In this document: piece by piece, positions 47,265-57,509 of the stretch | How positions within the stretch are numbered: the first letter of the stretch is position 1 | Layout: every line of letters begins with the position of its first letter | Assembly (NCBI GenBank): GCA_964396185.1 | Contig: CAYNEI010000013.1 | Span: forward strand, 1,528 to 65,527 | DNA length: 64,000 nt | Source: an uncultured Thermoplasmatales archaeon | GTDB taxonomy: Archaea; Thermoplasmatota; SW-10-69-26 | Reading direction: 5' to 3' | Notes under the pieces: generated by a model | What the model was told of the DNA's origin: nothing | Seen by the model: only the letters and a program-made list of their open reading frames with translations | The model's database searches: none | Made by a program: the position numbers and the translations under genes

Positions 47265-48317
47265 TCATGCGGTCACCTCCCCGGAGTGGATCTTGCCCCG
47301 GAACTTGGCGTACATGGCGTAGTCGATCTCGACGCGGTCGTCGATGAGCTCCTGGACCGTCGGGCTGGTCTTGGCGTAGGAGGCGATCTCATCGGTGACG
47401 GTCAGATCGAAGGCGTCCGAGCCCGCGCCGGAGCCGTAGCCGCATACGAAGATGCGGTTGCCGGGACGGGCGACGTCCAGGATGGCAGCCAGGCCGATGA
47501 GCACGGCGCCTGAGTACGTGTTGCCGATGACGGGTGCGAGCAGCCCGGTCTCGGTCTGCTTGTCGTTGAAGCCGAGCTTGCGCGCAGCGCGTGCCGGGAA
47601 CTTCCCGTTAGGCTGGTGGAAGACGGCGTAGTCGTAGTCCTCCGGGTCGGTGCCGGCGGTCTCGAGCAGGGATCGGGAGCACGAGAGCGTGTGGCGGTAG
47701 TAGGCGGGCTCGCCGGTGAACCGGGCGGCATGGGTGGGGTACTTCTCCCCTTCGCGGCGCCAAAAGTCCGGTGTGTCCGTTGTGAAGCTGACGGTCTCGT
47801 TGATCTCGGCGATGACGTCCTCGCGCCCGATCTGGAAGGCCGCGGCGCCGGCCGAGGCTGCGTACTCGAGCGCATCCCCCGGCGCGCCTTGGCTCGTATC
47901 AGCCCCGATGGCCATGGCCGTATCGACGAGGTGGCTGGAGACCAGGCCGAGGCTGGCTTGGATCGCAGCGGTGCCGGCCTTGCAGGCGAACTCGAAGTCG
48001 GCTGCGGTCATGTTGGGTGAGGCACCGATGGCTGCGGAGACGATGGTGGCTGTGGGCTTGACCGCGTAGACGTGGCTCTCGGACCCGATGTAGATGGCGC
48101 CCAGGCTCTCCGGGCCGTGGGGGGAGCGGTCCAGGGCTTGGCGTGCGGCCTCGACGGAGAGCGTGGTGGTGTCCTCGTCCGGGCCGGGCACGCTCTTCTC
48201 GATGACGTTGAGGCCTTTGCCAAGCGTGTTGCCGTCCTTGCCCCAGACGCGCGCGATCTCCTCGGTGGTGATGCGGTAGCGGGGGATCCAGGCTCCGTAG
48301 CTCGTGATGCCGACCAT
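47265..48317 (-). CDS. Hydroxymethylglutaryl-CoA synthase, archaeal type
   Basis: [47 protein letters not shown]. Confidence 0.96.
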   Translation of the reverse strand: MVGITSYGAWIPRYRITTEEIARVWGKDGNTLGKGLNVIEKSVPGPDEDTTTLSVEAARQALDRSPHGPESLGAIYIGSESHVYAVKPTATIVSAAIGASPNMTAADFEFACKAGTAAIQASLGLVSSHLVDTAMAIGADTSQGAPGDALEYAASAGAAAFQIGREDVIAEINETVSFTTDTPDFWRREGEKYPTHAARFTGEPAYYRHTLSCSRSLLETAGTDPEDYDYAVFHQPNGKFPARAARKLGFNDKQTETGLLAPVIGNTYSGAVLIGLAAILDVARPGNRIFVCGYGSGAGSDAFDLTVTDEIASYAKTSPTVQELIDDRVEIDYAMYAKFRGKIHSGEVTA

Positions 48318-48333
48318 GGGTCTCGTCTCCTTG

Positions 48334-49023
48334 CTAGATGTCTCTCAACGTCTCGATCAGACGGTCGAGGGGGGTGGTGGTCTTGACCAGGGGGATCCCC
48401 TCCATGCGGGCCAGCTTGATGGCCAGGTCGTCCACGCTCTTCGGCTGGTGGTAGATGACCATGGCTGGCTTCATGGGGTGCACGCGCACGGCGACCATGG
48501 GGCTGCGCCCGTACTGGATGCCGGTGAAGATCAGCGCGCGCTCGCTCGACCAGCCGTACATCTTGAGGTAGTCGAACGAGGAGAGCTGGGTGATCGCCTT
48601 GAGCGAATCGACGACGGTGTAGCCCTTGAGCTCCCGGGAAAGAGCGTCCTTGCCCGCCAAGACCTCGCCGTCCAACGCCTTGACGAGCACCTCCGCGGCC
48701 ACCGGCTCGTAGAGCTCCCGGATGTCCAGGATCGCGTCCGGGGTGTCCAGCATGGAGGAGTACCGGCGCAGCACCGTGCCCCCGGCGGCTTCGTCGATGT
48801 CGAGCAGGGCATCGACCAGGCGCCGCACCGTCTGGGTCCCGGGGCTCTTGCGGCGTCCCGACTCGTAGTCGGAGATGACACTAGGGGAGACGTCGAGCTC
48901 GGCGGCCAGGTCGGTCTGGCTCACCGCGAACGTGTCCCGCCATTTCTTGATCGTCTGGCCAGGGTTCTCCGAGAGCGTGATCTCCCCGGCCATCTTCTCT
49001 GCGAGCACCGAGCGTGTCTGCAT
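48334..49023 (-). CDS. Conserved archaeal XRE-family HTH regulator (COG1709-like)
   Basis: [46 protein letters not shown]...KP. Confidence 0.88.
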   Translation of the reverse strand: MQTRSVLAEKMAGEITLSENPGQTIKKWRDTFAVSQTDLAAELDVSPSVISDYESGRRKSPGTQTVRRLVDALLDIDEAAGGTVLRRYSSMLDTPDAILDIRELYEPVAAEVLVKALDGEVLAGKDALSRELKGYTVVDSLKAITQLSSFDYLKMYGWSSERALIFTGIQYGRSPMVAVRVHPMKPAMVIYHQPKSVDDLAIKLARMEGIPLVKTTTPLDRLIETLRDI

Positions 49024-49196
49024 CCGCCCTTGAAGAACCCCACGACCCTTCTTAAGCGTTGTCGATTCAGGGTTCGCGGTTCGTCGATGGGGTGCCAGGG
49101 GGGGACCCAAGAGTGGCGCCCCCTGCGCGGCGCTCGACGGGCGTGCGTGGTTGAAGCGCCGCGGGGGTTTCGTAGGAGCAGCGGGATGGGTAGCTC

Positions 49197-49637
49197 GTGC
49201 GGTTCACATCGAGGGGCTATGCGACACCGGGGCTTGCATCGGATGCAGTGCTCACGCACGGCGGCGAGGTCCTGCTCATCCAGAGGGGTCGGGATCCAGG
49301 CCAGGGGCAGTGGGCCATGCCCGGGGGCTTCGTGGAGGTGGGTGAGCGCGTCGAGGAGGCCTGCCTGCGCGAGCTTCGGGAGGAGACCGGTGTCGAGGCG
49401 CGCATCCTGGGCCTGGTAGGTGTCTATAGCGACCCGGACCGCGACCCGCGCGGGCACGTGGTCAGTGTGACCTACCTCTGCCAGCCGACAGCCCCGTCCC
49501 GCTGCGAGCCCGAGGCCGGCGACGATGCCGCCCGTGCCCGGTGGTTCGCGTGGGAGGAGCTGCCGGAGACGTGCTTCGACCACGCCAGGATCTTGGCCGA
49601 CGCCCGATCGTTGCTCGACCAACACGCGCCAGGATAG
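49197..49637 (+). CDS. Nudix hydrolase
   Basis: PGGFVEVGERVEEACLRELREETG Nudix box; YSDPDRDPRGH, GDDA, FDH. Confidence 0.92.
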   Translation: MRFTSRGYATPGLASDAVLTHGGEVLLIQRGRDPGQGQWAMPGGFVEVGERVEEACLRELREETGVEARILGLVGVYSDPDRDPRGHVVSVTYLCQPTAPSRCEPEAGDDAARARWFAWEELPETCFDHARILADARSLLDQHAPG

Positions 49638-49722
49638 CGCAGGCCCGGAAGGACTCCCTTGGTGGCCCGGAATAGGAACGGACTACGCTCTTATACGAGA
49701 AGTGCGATGGGCCGCCCCCTCA

Positions 49723-49797
49723 GGGCGAGTAGCTTAGCTTGGCTGGAGCACCCGGCTGATAACCGGGAGGTCGCCGGTTCAAATCCGGTCTCGCCCA
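49723..49797 (+). tRNA. tRNA-Ile (GAU)
   Basis: gggcgag/ctcgccc acceptor stem, cccgg-ctGATaa-ccggg anticodon arm, ttcaaat T-loop; ttata at 49691. Confidence 0.95.
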
Positions 49798-50165
49798 CTG
49801 GCGCGCCAGCGACAGAAGGAGAGGTGCCCACCAGGGCACCCCCTCACGGGATGGTTCTTGCAAACCGCGTCCAAGGTTCCGATGGACCGGATTTGAACGC
49901 CGGGCCATCAGGCCCGGGAGCTGCGCTCGTCAGAGCGCAATACGCTGGTCCTCCCCAACGGCGTCTCAACTTCGCCGCGCCGTTCGTACGAAGCTGGAGG
50001 TCCGGCGACACCGTGAAGCGGACCTCCAGGCATGAGCGAAGCGGGCTCGCCCACTGGCGCGCCAGCGACAGAAGGAGAGGTGCCCACCAGGGCACCCCCT
50101 CACGGGATGGTTCTTGCAAACCGCGTCCAAGGTTCCCATGGACCGGATTCGACCGCCGGGCCATC
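49790..50165 (+). repeat. 120-bp direct repeat (49790-49909 and 50046-50165) starting at the tRNA-Ile 3' end
   Basis: 117/120 identical, 256-bp offset; first 8 nt are ctcgccca. Confidence 0.9.
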
Positions 50166-50346
50166 CAGAACCAGGAGCCGCGCTCACCTGGTGAGCCACA
50201 ACGTTTAAGTCCCCTCTATGGAGCCTTGGGGATGCCGAACCCGCCAGCGCCGAGCCACGCTCGAGCCTACACCGCGCCAGCGCAAGCGCTCGCTGCCGCA
50301 CGCGGGACGGAGGTCCCCCATGCACGCCCCGGGCCGAGTCCATGCG

Positions 50347-53079
50347 ATGCAGCCACCTGTCCAGCCCGGCTGCCCGCTGGCGGCCCCGTTTCTCGCCACG
50401 CTGCTCTCCACCCTGCTGGCTCTGGCCCTCGTCGTGAGCCTGGCTCCCAGTGTGCCCGCTCAGTCCGCTCCCATCGTCGATCCCGCGAGCCTGGAGCTGA
50501 CCCCGATCTTCCTCCACCCCGGCGATCCCCCCGCCACGCTCACCCTGCTCGGCGAGACAACGCCACAGCGCAGCCTCCACGAGCTCCGGCTCACCGCACC
50601 GGCGGGGCTACCGATCGAGTGCCCGTCCACAGGGACGGACCGGGTATGCCAGGCCGACGAGCAGGCCGCCACAGGCCAGCACGAGATCCGGGTGACCTTC
50701 ACACCCCCCGTCCAGGGCGCCTTCCAGGTGCACGTCCCCACGGGGGACCCGGCTGCCCCGTTCAACGCCACGAGCCCGGACCAGCACGACCGGGTTGACG
50801 AGTGGGCGCTGCGGCTCACGAGCCCACCGGTCGATGAGGCGCCCTCCGGCACCAACCCCCTGGGCCAGCGGGTCCAGCAGGCCACCCTGGAGACCACCGT
50901 GGACCTGGAGCCACCGACCACGACCGTGGAGATCCTCGACGATGGATCCGCGTACAGCCAGGCCAACCGAACGGTCGAGTTGAACGCAACCGACCCTGGG
51001 GCAGGGCCTGCATGGCTCTACGTTACCACGGATGGGACGGACCCGACACGGTCGAACAACACGAACCGCACGATCCATCCGGCCGACGAGGGCCCCATCC
51101 TGGTCAACCTGACCGAGGAGGGCGAGCATGTGGTGACATGGGCTGCCGAGGATAGGCTTGGCAACCTGGCAGCCCCAGCCAACCGCACGATCACCATCGA
51201 CCGCACCCCGCCTCGGCTCACCGTAACGGATCCAGCCCCTGGCCAGGTGCAGCCCACTCGGTCGGCCGAGGTGGGCTTCGCGGTCACCGACGCGCTTGCC
51301 GGACCCGCCCAACTAGAGCTGGACTGCCGCCTCGAACCTGGGAGCTGGGCGCCCTGCCAGAGCAGCCAGGACCACACGTTCGAGCTCACCGCAGACGGGA
51401 CCGCGACGGTGCACCTACGCGCCACGGACCCCGCCGGCAACCAGGTCGAGGAGAGCCTCTTGGTCCACGTGGACACCGCCCGCCCCGAGCTCGCGCTCGG
51501 CACTCTGGGCCCCACGCACCCGACGGACAGCGTGCGGCTCAACGTCACCGTCGAGGACCTCCACCTGGATCACCCGGGCTTCGAGCTGGCGTGCCGTCTG
51601 GCTGGCGCGAGCTGGGGGGCCTGTGATACCTCGACGTACCACTGGTTCCGGTCGCTCCCGGACGGTGACCACGTGCTCGAGGTCCGCGCCACGGACCCGG
51701 CCGGCCACACCACCACCGCCACGCGAGCGCTCACCGTGGACACCCAGCCCCCCGAGCTCACCCTGTTTGCGCCCGTGGACGGTGCGGCCGTCAAACCCGG
51801 GACCCAAGCCACCTTCGACATCCAAGATCCGGACCCAGGTGCTGGTATCGAGGAGGTGGCTTGCCAGCTGGATGACCAGCCCCCCGAGCCCTGCACCTCC
51901 CACGGCCACCACCCCCTCACTGATCTCGAGCCGGGCGTGCACACCCTCACGCTGCTCGCCCAGGACCGGGCAGGACACATCACTCAAGCGAGCACGACGT
52001 TCACCATCGACGATGTGGGGCCGACCGTCGAGATCCTGGACCCGGCTCCAGGCGGCCACGTCTCGCCCAACGCGAGCACCATGCGCTTCCACGTGGACGA
52101 CCCGACCACCCCCACCGAGGAGATCACCCTGATCTGCTGGGCCGACGACGAGGTGCCTGTACCGTGCGAGAGCACGATCAGCCACGCCTTCGAGCTCACA
52201 GACGCCGGTGCCCACAGCTTCCATGTGCGCGCCACCGACCCCGCCGGCCACACGAACACGACGAGCATCCCCGTCCACCTGGATATCGGCCTCCCCACCG
52301 TCCGGATCGAGCCCTCCGAAGCTCCGTGGCGAGCCACCGAGCCCAACCAGATCACCGCTCACGCCGAGGATCCTGATGGATTGGCCAGCATCACCTGGTC
52401 CAGCAGCGGGCGGACCCTCACCACGGATGACGCTCAGGGGTCCAGCACGTTCAACAGCACGCTCACGCACCTGTTCCGCCACAGTGGCATGTACACCATC
52501 GCTGTGACGGTGGTGGATGCCGCTGGCAACACCGTCACCGAGGAGGCCCAGGTCGAGGTCGATGTTCCTCCCGAGCGCATCGAGCGTGTCGGGTCGGGCA
52601 GCTCGGGAAGCGATGACCGCGAGCAGGCCGGGACCAGCCTCCAGGACGATGCAACCGAAACCAGCACCTCCACGGATGTGGACGCGCAACAAGATGCCGA
52701 GACGGAAGACGCGGCGGAAGACGAGGATGGAGACGAGGCGGCGCCTGGGGAGGATGAGCTTCCCATCGCGCCCGTGCCCGACCACCTGGTCGCGGATGCC
52801 TCGGAGCAGCCCGGCGAGGGGGCAGATGGGACCGATGTTGCGGGGATCGACGGGACCGATGATGACGCTCTCGTGCCTGGTGGATCCAAGGATCTCGAAG
52901 AGGAGGCCGAACCGCTCCTCCAGGCAGGGGCGGACGACGCTGGATCCGGTCAGCCTGCAAGCATGCTTCAAGGCGTAGGTTGGGGCGCCTGGCTGTTCAT
53001 CGTGCTCGGCATCGGGGTGAGCCTGGGTGCGGTGGCGGTGGCTTGGCAGGCACGATCCGTGACACGGGCGCGTGGGTGA
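50347..53079 (+). CDS. Cell-surface protein with tandem Ig-like repeats, acidic stalk and C-terminal TM anchor (start uncertain)
   Basis: D..PP...VRATDPAG(N/H) repeats with paired Cys; hydrophobic C-terminus followed by basic residues. Confidence 0.8.
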   Translation: MQPPVQPGCPLAAPFLATLLSTLLALALVVSLAPSVPAQSAPIVDPASLELTPIFLHPGDPPATLTLLGETTPQRSLHELRLTAPAGLPIECPSTGTDRVCQADEQAATGQHEIRVTFTPPVQGAFQVHVPTGDPAAPFNATSPDQHDRVDEWALRLTSPPVDEAPSGTNPLGQRVQQATLETTVDLEPPTTTVEILDDGSAYSQANRTVELNATDPGAGPAWLYVTTDGTDPTRSNNTNRTIHPADEGPILVNLTEEGEHVVTWAAEDRLGNLAAPANRTITIDRTPPRLTVTDPAPGQVQPTRSAEVGFAVTDALAGPAQLELDCRLEPGSWAPCQSSQDHTFELTADGTATVHLRATDPAGNQVEESLLVHVDTARPELALGTLGPTHPTDSVRLNVTVEDLHLDHPGFELACRLAGASWGACDTSTYHWFRSLPDGDHVLEVRATDPAGHTTTATRALTVDTQPPELTLFAPVDGAAVKPGTQATFDIQDPDPGAGIEEVACQLDDQPPEPCTSHGHHPLTDLEPGVHTLTLLAQDRAGHITQASTTFTIDDVGPTVEILDPAPGGHVSPNASTMRFHVDDPTTPTEEITLICWADDEVPVPCESTISHAFELTDAGAHSFHVRATDPAGHTNTTSIPVHLDIGLPTVRIEPSEAPWRATEPNQITAHAEDPDGLASITWSSSGRTLTTDDAQGSSTFNSTLTHLFRHSGMYTIAVTVVDAAGNTVTEEAQVEVDVPPERIERVGSGSSGSDDREQAGTSLQDDATETSTSTDVDAQQDAETEDAAEDEDGDEAAPGEDELPIAPVPDHLVADASEQPGEGADGTDVAGIDGTDDDALVPGGSKDLEEEAEPLLQAGADDAGSGQPASMLQGVGWGAWLFIVLGIGVSLGAVAVAWQARSVTRARG

Positions 53080-53280
53080 GTGCGAACCAGTGGGCAAGGG
53101 GGTGGTTTCGCCGATTCGGGTCAGCGCAGGGGAGGTTGGGCGCCCTCCGCCACTGAGGGTCGGGCGCCCTACCTCCAGAGTCACCCGAACGCTCCGGCCT
53201 GATCGCGTAGTTGGGCGGGCCGGAACGTTCGGGTTTTCCTGCCCTCCGCGCTCAGCTTGCGCTGTTGGAGAGAAGCTGAG

Positions 53281-53365
53281 TGCGGAGGGCAGGATTCGAA
53301 CCTGCGAACCCCTATGAGACAGCGCCCTCAACGCTGCGCCGTTGGCCAGGCTTGGCAACCTCCGC
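53281..53365 (-). tRNA. tRNA-Leu (GAG)
   Basis: gcggagg/cctccgc stem, cagcg-ttGAGgg-cgctg arm, long variable arm, gttcgaatc. Confidence 0.95.
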
Positions 53366-53483
53366 ACGGTGGGTCGTGCCTGGTGGCGGCGCAAAGGGGT
53401 TGCCCTATTTCAACGTGACGGGCCGCGTCTCGACCGGCCCGATAATCCTCGGTTGTATGATAGGCTTATATCCAGGGCGTGGC

Positions 53484-55043
53484 ATGGCCTCGGCCGTCAT
53501 GGTCACCGCCGGCATCGTGCTCACCATCACCGCGGTCACGCTCGCCGTGTTCACCGTGCTGGGGATCTGGTACACCCGCGGGCGCGTTGGGTCCGTGGAC
53601 GATCTGCTCACCGCCCGCGGGACCGCCGGGGCTGGAGTCACCGGGGCGACGTTGATCGCCTCGGGGATGGGCGCCTGGATCCTCTTCAGCCCCGCCGAGG
53701 CCGGCGCAGCCTTCGGCGGGATCTCCTCGGTTCTCGGCTACGCCCTGGGCAGTGCGCTGCCCATGCTCGCCTTCCTGCTGCTCGCACCCCGTATCCGCGA
53801 GTTGCTCCCGCGCGGACAGAGCATCACCGGCTACGCGGGCGCCCGCTACGGCGCCACCATGCACGCCTACGTGCTCGTCGTCTCGGTCTTCTACATGTTC
53901 ATCTTCCTGGCCGCCGAGATGACCGGCATCGCTGGAGCCCTGGCGCTCGTGGCTGGCGTGCCGGCCTGGCAGACCGCCGCGCTTGTAGGTGGCTTCGTGC
54001 TCCTCTACACGGGCTACGGGGGCTTGCTGGCAAGCCTCTTCACCGACACGATCCAGACCCTGCTCATCCTGCCGCTCATCGTCATCGGGTTCGCAGGCGC
54101 CGTGCTCGCCCTGGGCGGGCCCGGAGCTGTTCACGCGGGCGTGCTCGAGGCCAGCCCAGCCAGCCTGGATCCTGGGTTCGGGCCCGGCCTCCAGTTCGGG
54201 GTGTTCGTCATGGTCGCCATCCTTGGCGCAGAGATGCTCAACCAAGCCTGGTGGCAGCGCATCTATGCAGCCAAGGACACCCACGTGCTCCGCCGCGGCT
54301 TCACCATGGCGGCTGTCGCCATCGTGCCCATGATCCTGCTCGCAGGGCTCTTCGGCCTGGCCGCCACCGGACTGGGCCTCGTGCAAGCCCCAGCAGATGC
54401 CAGCATCTCGTTCTTCCTCGTGCTCGACCACGCCTTCCCAACCTGGGTCACCCTCGGCGTCGTCCTCCTGGCTGTGCTCTTGGTGATGAGCACGGCCGAC
54501 ACGTTGTTCAGCGCCATCTCAAGCTTGGTCACCACGGATGCCGCCCAGCTCACCGGGACCCGCTCGGACGCCCTGTTGCAGACGATCGCCCGGGTCACCA
54601 CAGCCATCGTGGCCCTCGGTGCCGTGGTCATCGGGGCCCAAGGCTGGAGCGTGCTCACGCTCTTCTTGGTGGCCGACCTGCTTGCCGCGGCCACGTTCAT
54701 CCCCCTGCTCGCCGGCTTGTACAGCCGACGCCTCGGCGGCGGCTCAGCTCTGACCGCTTGCCTGGCTGGTCTGGCCGGTGGGCTGGTCTACTTCCCCACC
54801 CTTCGAGCCCCGCTCGAGGCGATCCCAGGCGTGGCTGGTTTGCTCCCGGCCCCATCGTTCCTCTACGCGTTCCTGGTGGCTGCCGGCCTCTCCGGATCGC
54901 TGGCGTGGCTGCTCTCACGCATCCGCTCAGCCGACGTGGATCTCGGCGGGTTGCAGGCCAGCCTGGATGCCCGGTCAGGCCGGCCAGGACCACCGGCACA
55001 ACCCACCGATGCCGCTGCCACCGAGCTCGGAGGTGAGGCGTGA
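53484..55043 (+). CDS. Sodium:solute symporter (SSS) family transporter
   Basis: About 13 TM helices; ASGMGAWILFSPAE, YTGYGGL.AS..TD..Q, WWQRIYAA, MSTAD. Confidence 0.9.
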   Translation: MASAVMVTAGIVLTITAVTLAVFTVLGIWYTRGRVGSVDDLLTARGTAGAGVTGATLIASGMGAWILFSPAEAGAAFGGISSVLGYALGSALPMLAFLLLAPRIRELLPRGQSITGYAGARYGATMHAYVLVVSVFYMFIFLAAEMTGIAGALALVAGVPAWQTAALVGGFVLLYTGYGGLLASLFTDTIQTLLILPLIVIGFAGAVLALGGPGAVHAGVLEASPASLDPGFGPGLQFGVFVMVAILGAEMLNQAWWQRIYAAKDTHVLRRGFTMAAVAIVPMILLAGLFGLAATGLGLVQAPADASISFFLVLDHAFPTWVTLGVVLLAVLLVMSTADTLFSAISSLVTTDAAQLTGTRSDALLQTIARVTTAIVALGAVVIGAQGWSVLTLFLVADLLAAATFIPLLAGLYSRRLGGGSALTACLAGLAGGLVYFPTLRAPLEAIPGVAGLLPAPSFLYAFLVAAGLSGSLAWLLSRIRSADVDLGGLQASLDARSGRPGPPAQPTDAAATELGGEA

Positions 55044-55177
55044 TGGCGCCCGTGGGCGAGACCACGTTCGCCGTGCTCGTCTGGAGCGCCATCGCCCTCG
55101 TAGCCACGGTATTCGCCTACGAGGTGGCCATCGTGCTCCGGGAGCTCCGCGAGAGCCGTGGTAAGGACCAGGCGTAA
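55043..55177 (+). CDS. 44-aa single-TM peptide coupled to the SSS gene
   Basis: TGATG overlap; MAPVGETTFAVLVWSAIALVATVFAYEVAIVLRELRESRGKDQA. Confidence 0.65.
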   Translation: MAPVGETTFAVLVWSAIALVATVFAYEVAIVLRELRESRGKDQA

Positions 55178-55209
55178 GCCTGATGCCCAGCTAGCCTCCT
55201 TGCCCCGCC

Positions 55210-55626
55210 ATGGCCCCGAGCGCGATGTCCGGCTCCTTCCATCCTGCTGACCGGATCGTCATCCCAGTGGAGGGCACGGATCGAGAGTACGTGGTCCAGC
55301 AGTGGGCCGCCGAGCTGGCCGCTGCCTTGGGCGTTCCGGTCCACGGGCTTCACGTCACCTCGGGGGACGAGGAGGAGATCCACGACGAGCATTTCTCCTT
55401 CCTGCAGACCGCGTGCGAGAAGTGGGGCGTCGAGCTCACGCACCGCGTGGCCAGCAGGGACAACGTCGCAGCTGAGATCCTCGACGAGCTCGGCACGCGA
55501 GACCTCGTCGTCATCGGAACGCGCCAACTCGGCGGCAGCCAGGACTACCACGTGGGCAGCGTGGCCGCCGAGCTCGTGCGCAACGCGCCCTGCCCCGTAC
55601 AGATCGTACGCCTCGAGGGCCCCTGA
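55210..55626 (+). CDS. Universal stress protein (UspA family)
   Basis: IVIPVEG, GLHV, DLVVIGTR, GSVAAELVRNAPCPV. Confidence 0.88.
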   Translation: MAPSAMSGSFHPADRIVIPVEGTDREYVVQQWAAELAAALGVPVHGLHVTSGDEEEIHDEHFSFLQTACEKWGVELTHRVASRDNVAAEILDELGTRDLVVIGTRQLGGSQDYHVGSVAAELVRNAPCPVQIVRLEGP

Positions 55627-55690
55627 CTCCAGAGGGTCCACCGGAAGGCCACGGGGAAGCGTGAAGAGCCCCGGGCCACCATGCACGCCT

Positions 55691-56182
55691 ATGGGGCTGC
55701 TCTCCGACAAGACGATCCAGGCGCTCGTCGATGCCGACGAGATCGGTATCGAGCCGTACGAACGGGCCAACCTGACGCCCAACGGGATCGATCTGCGCGT
55801 TGGCGAGGTTGTCGTGCCGGAGCTCGACGAGCCGCTTGAGGTCACCGAAGGCGTTGCGACCATCCCAGGCCGTGAGCGCTTCCTCGTGAGCACCACCGAG
55901 GTCGTCACGTTCCCCGCTGCCCTCTCTGGCCAGCTCTGGATCCGCTCCACCTATGCACGAAAGGGCGTGCTCGCCTCCTTCGGCAAGGTCGAAGCCGGCT
56001 TCAGCGGGACGCTCACCATCGGCGCCTACAACGCCTCCAAAGAGCCCCTGGAGCTACCCATCGGGGAACGGTTCTGCCAGCTCGCCTTCGAGACCCTCAC
56101 CGAGGACGCCGAGGCCCTCTACAGCGAGCGCTCCGGCACCTACCAAGGCCAACGCGGCGTCACGCTGGCGCCTGACTCCTGA
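55691..56182 (+). CDS. dcd: dCTP deaminase / trimeric dUTPase family
   Basis: LLSD..I, PNGIDLR, RSTYARKG, GFSGTLT, GERFCQL.F, YQGQRGVT. Confidence 0.88.
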   Translation: MGLLSDKTIQALVDADEIGIEPYERANLTPNGIDLRVGEVVVPELDEPLEVTEGVATIPGRERFLVSTTEVVTFPAALSGQLWIRSTYARKGVLASFGKVEAGFSGTLTIGAYNASKEPLELPIGERFCQLAFETLTEDAEALYSERSGTYQGQRGVTLAPDS

Positions 56183-56258
56183 CCCCTCGTGCCACAACCC
56201 CTGTGCAACCGCTGTCTGGCACAGGAGGGCTTTAATCCCACCAACCCGATGGCCAGGC

Positions 56259-57470
56259 ATGGAAGGCAGGCTTGCACGGAGGCACGGCATCGTCTGGATC
56301 GCGACCATCTCGCTCTTGCTCGTGGGCATGGGACCGCTCACGGCCTCCGCTGGCACCACGGTGCACACCGTGGCTCCAGGGGAGAGCATCCAGGACGCCT
56401 TGGACGCCGCCCAGCCCGGTGATACCGTCCAGTTGCTTGCAGGCGTGCATCAGCCGAGCAACGGTCTGCTCATCGACACCCCCGACATCACGCTGGAGGG
56501 CATCGACCGGGACGGCACCGTGCTCGACGGGGACAACCTCCACCCGCAGGCACCCCAGAAGCACGCCATCGAGATCGTGGCCAACGATGTGACCGTCCGG
56601 TCGCTCACGATCCAGCACTTCACGGGTCACGGCGTCTTCTACCACGACGTCACCGGCTTCCTCGTTGAGGAGGTCACCGCCATCGCCAACGGCCCCTACG
56701 GCATCTACGCCATCCGCTCCGAGCTCGGCACCTTCCGGGACTCCTATGCCGCGGGCCACGCGGACAGCGGCTTCTACCTCGGCGAGGTCGGCGCCTGCGA
56801 GTGCGTCATCGAGAACGTGATCGCCGAAGACAACCTCATCGGCTACTCCGGCACCGGTGCCAGCCACATCATCATCCGGGACAGCCTCTTCCAGAACAAC
56901 GCCGCAGGCGTCGTGCCCAACGTGCTCCCCAACGAGCCCGAGGCCCAGACCAACCTCATGATCACGGACAACGTCGTCCGGGACAACAACAACCAGACCG
57001 CCTCGGACAAGTGGCACTTCAGCCAGGGCGTCCACGTCCCCAGCGGGCTCGGCATCGTCATCGCCGGCGGCATCGACGACCTCGTCCGCCACAACGTGGT
57101 GACCGGCCACGAGCGCGCTGGTGTGGCCATCTCCTTCCTGTTCACCGAGCCCAGCCTCAACCGGGTCCTGGACAACACGTTGGACAACCCCGGCGACGAC
57201 ATCCTCTGGGACGGCGGCGGGGTCAACAACTGCTTCGAGGGCAACACGCGCCTGGACGGCTCGCCCGCCACCTTCGATGCAGGCACCCTCTGGAACACCG
57301 TGGGCGAGCTGCCCGACTGCTCGACCCCCAACGCTGGAGCCCCGGACCCGGGCATGATGACGCGGCTCGTCTCGCTGTTGATCTTCAACTGCGAGCCCTG
57401 GGAACAGCCCGGTGCTCCCTGCCATTCCAGCCATCTCGCTGGCGGCGGGTACGGCTCGCTGCTCCCCTAG
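56259..57470 (+). CDS. Secreted right-handed parallel beta-helix protein
   Basis: Signal peptide; PGESIQDALDAAQPGD.V, GPYGIY, GHADSGFY.G, NN.AG repeats. Confidence 0.8.
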   Translation: MEGRLARRHGIVWIATISLLLVGMGPLTASAGTTVHTVAPGESIQDALDAAQPGDTVQLLAGVHQPSNGLLIDTPDITLEGIDRDGTVLDGDNLHPQAPQKHAIEIVANDVTVRSLTIQHFTGHGVFYHDVTGFLVEEVTAIANGPYGIYAIRSELGTFRDSYAAGHADSGFYLGEVGACECVIENVIAEDNLIGYSGTGASHIIIRDSLFQNNAAGVVPNVLPNEPEAQTNLMITDNVVRDNNNQTASDKWHFSQGVHVPSGLGIVIAGGIDDLVRHNVVTGHERAGVAISFLFTEPSLNRVLDNTLDNPGDDILWDGGGVNNCFEGNTRLDGSPATFDAGTLWNTVGELPDCSTPNAGAPDPGMMTRLVSLLIFNCEPWEQPGAPCHSSHLAGGGYGSLLP

Positions 57471-57509
57471 GACATCGAGACATGCGGCCCGCGGCACCCC
57501 CGCGGGCCG

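Noticed and set aside
53366-53483. TPP riboswitch upstream of the SSS transporter
   Set aside because: No GGGG..CUGAGA or AAUGC..GCG.AGG consensus.
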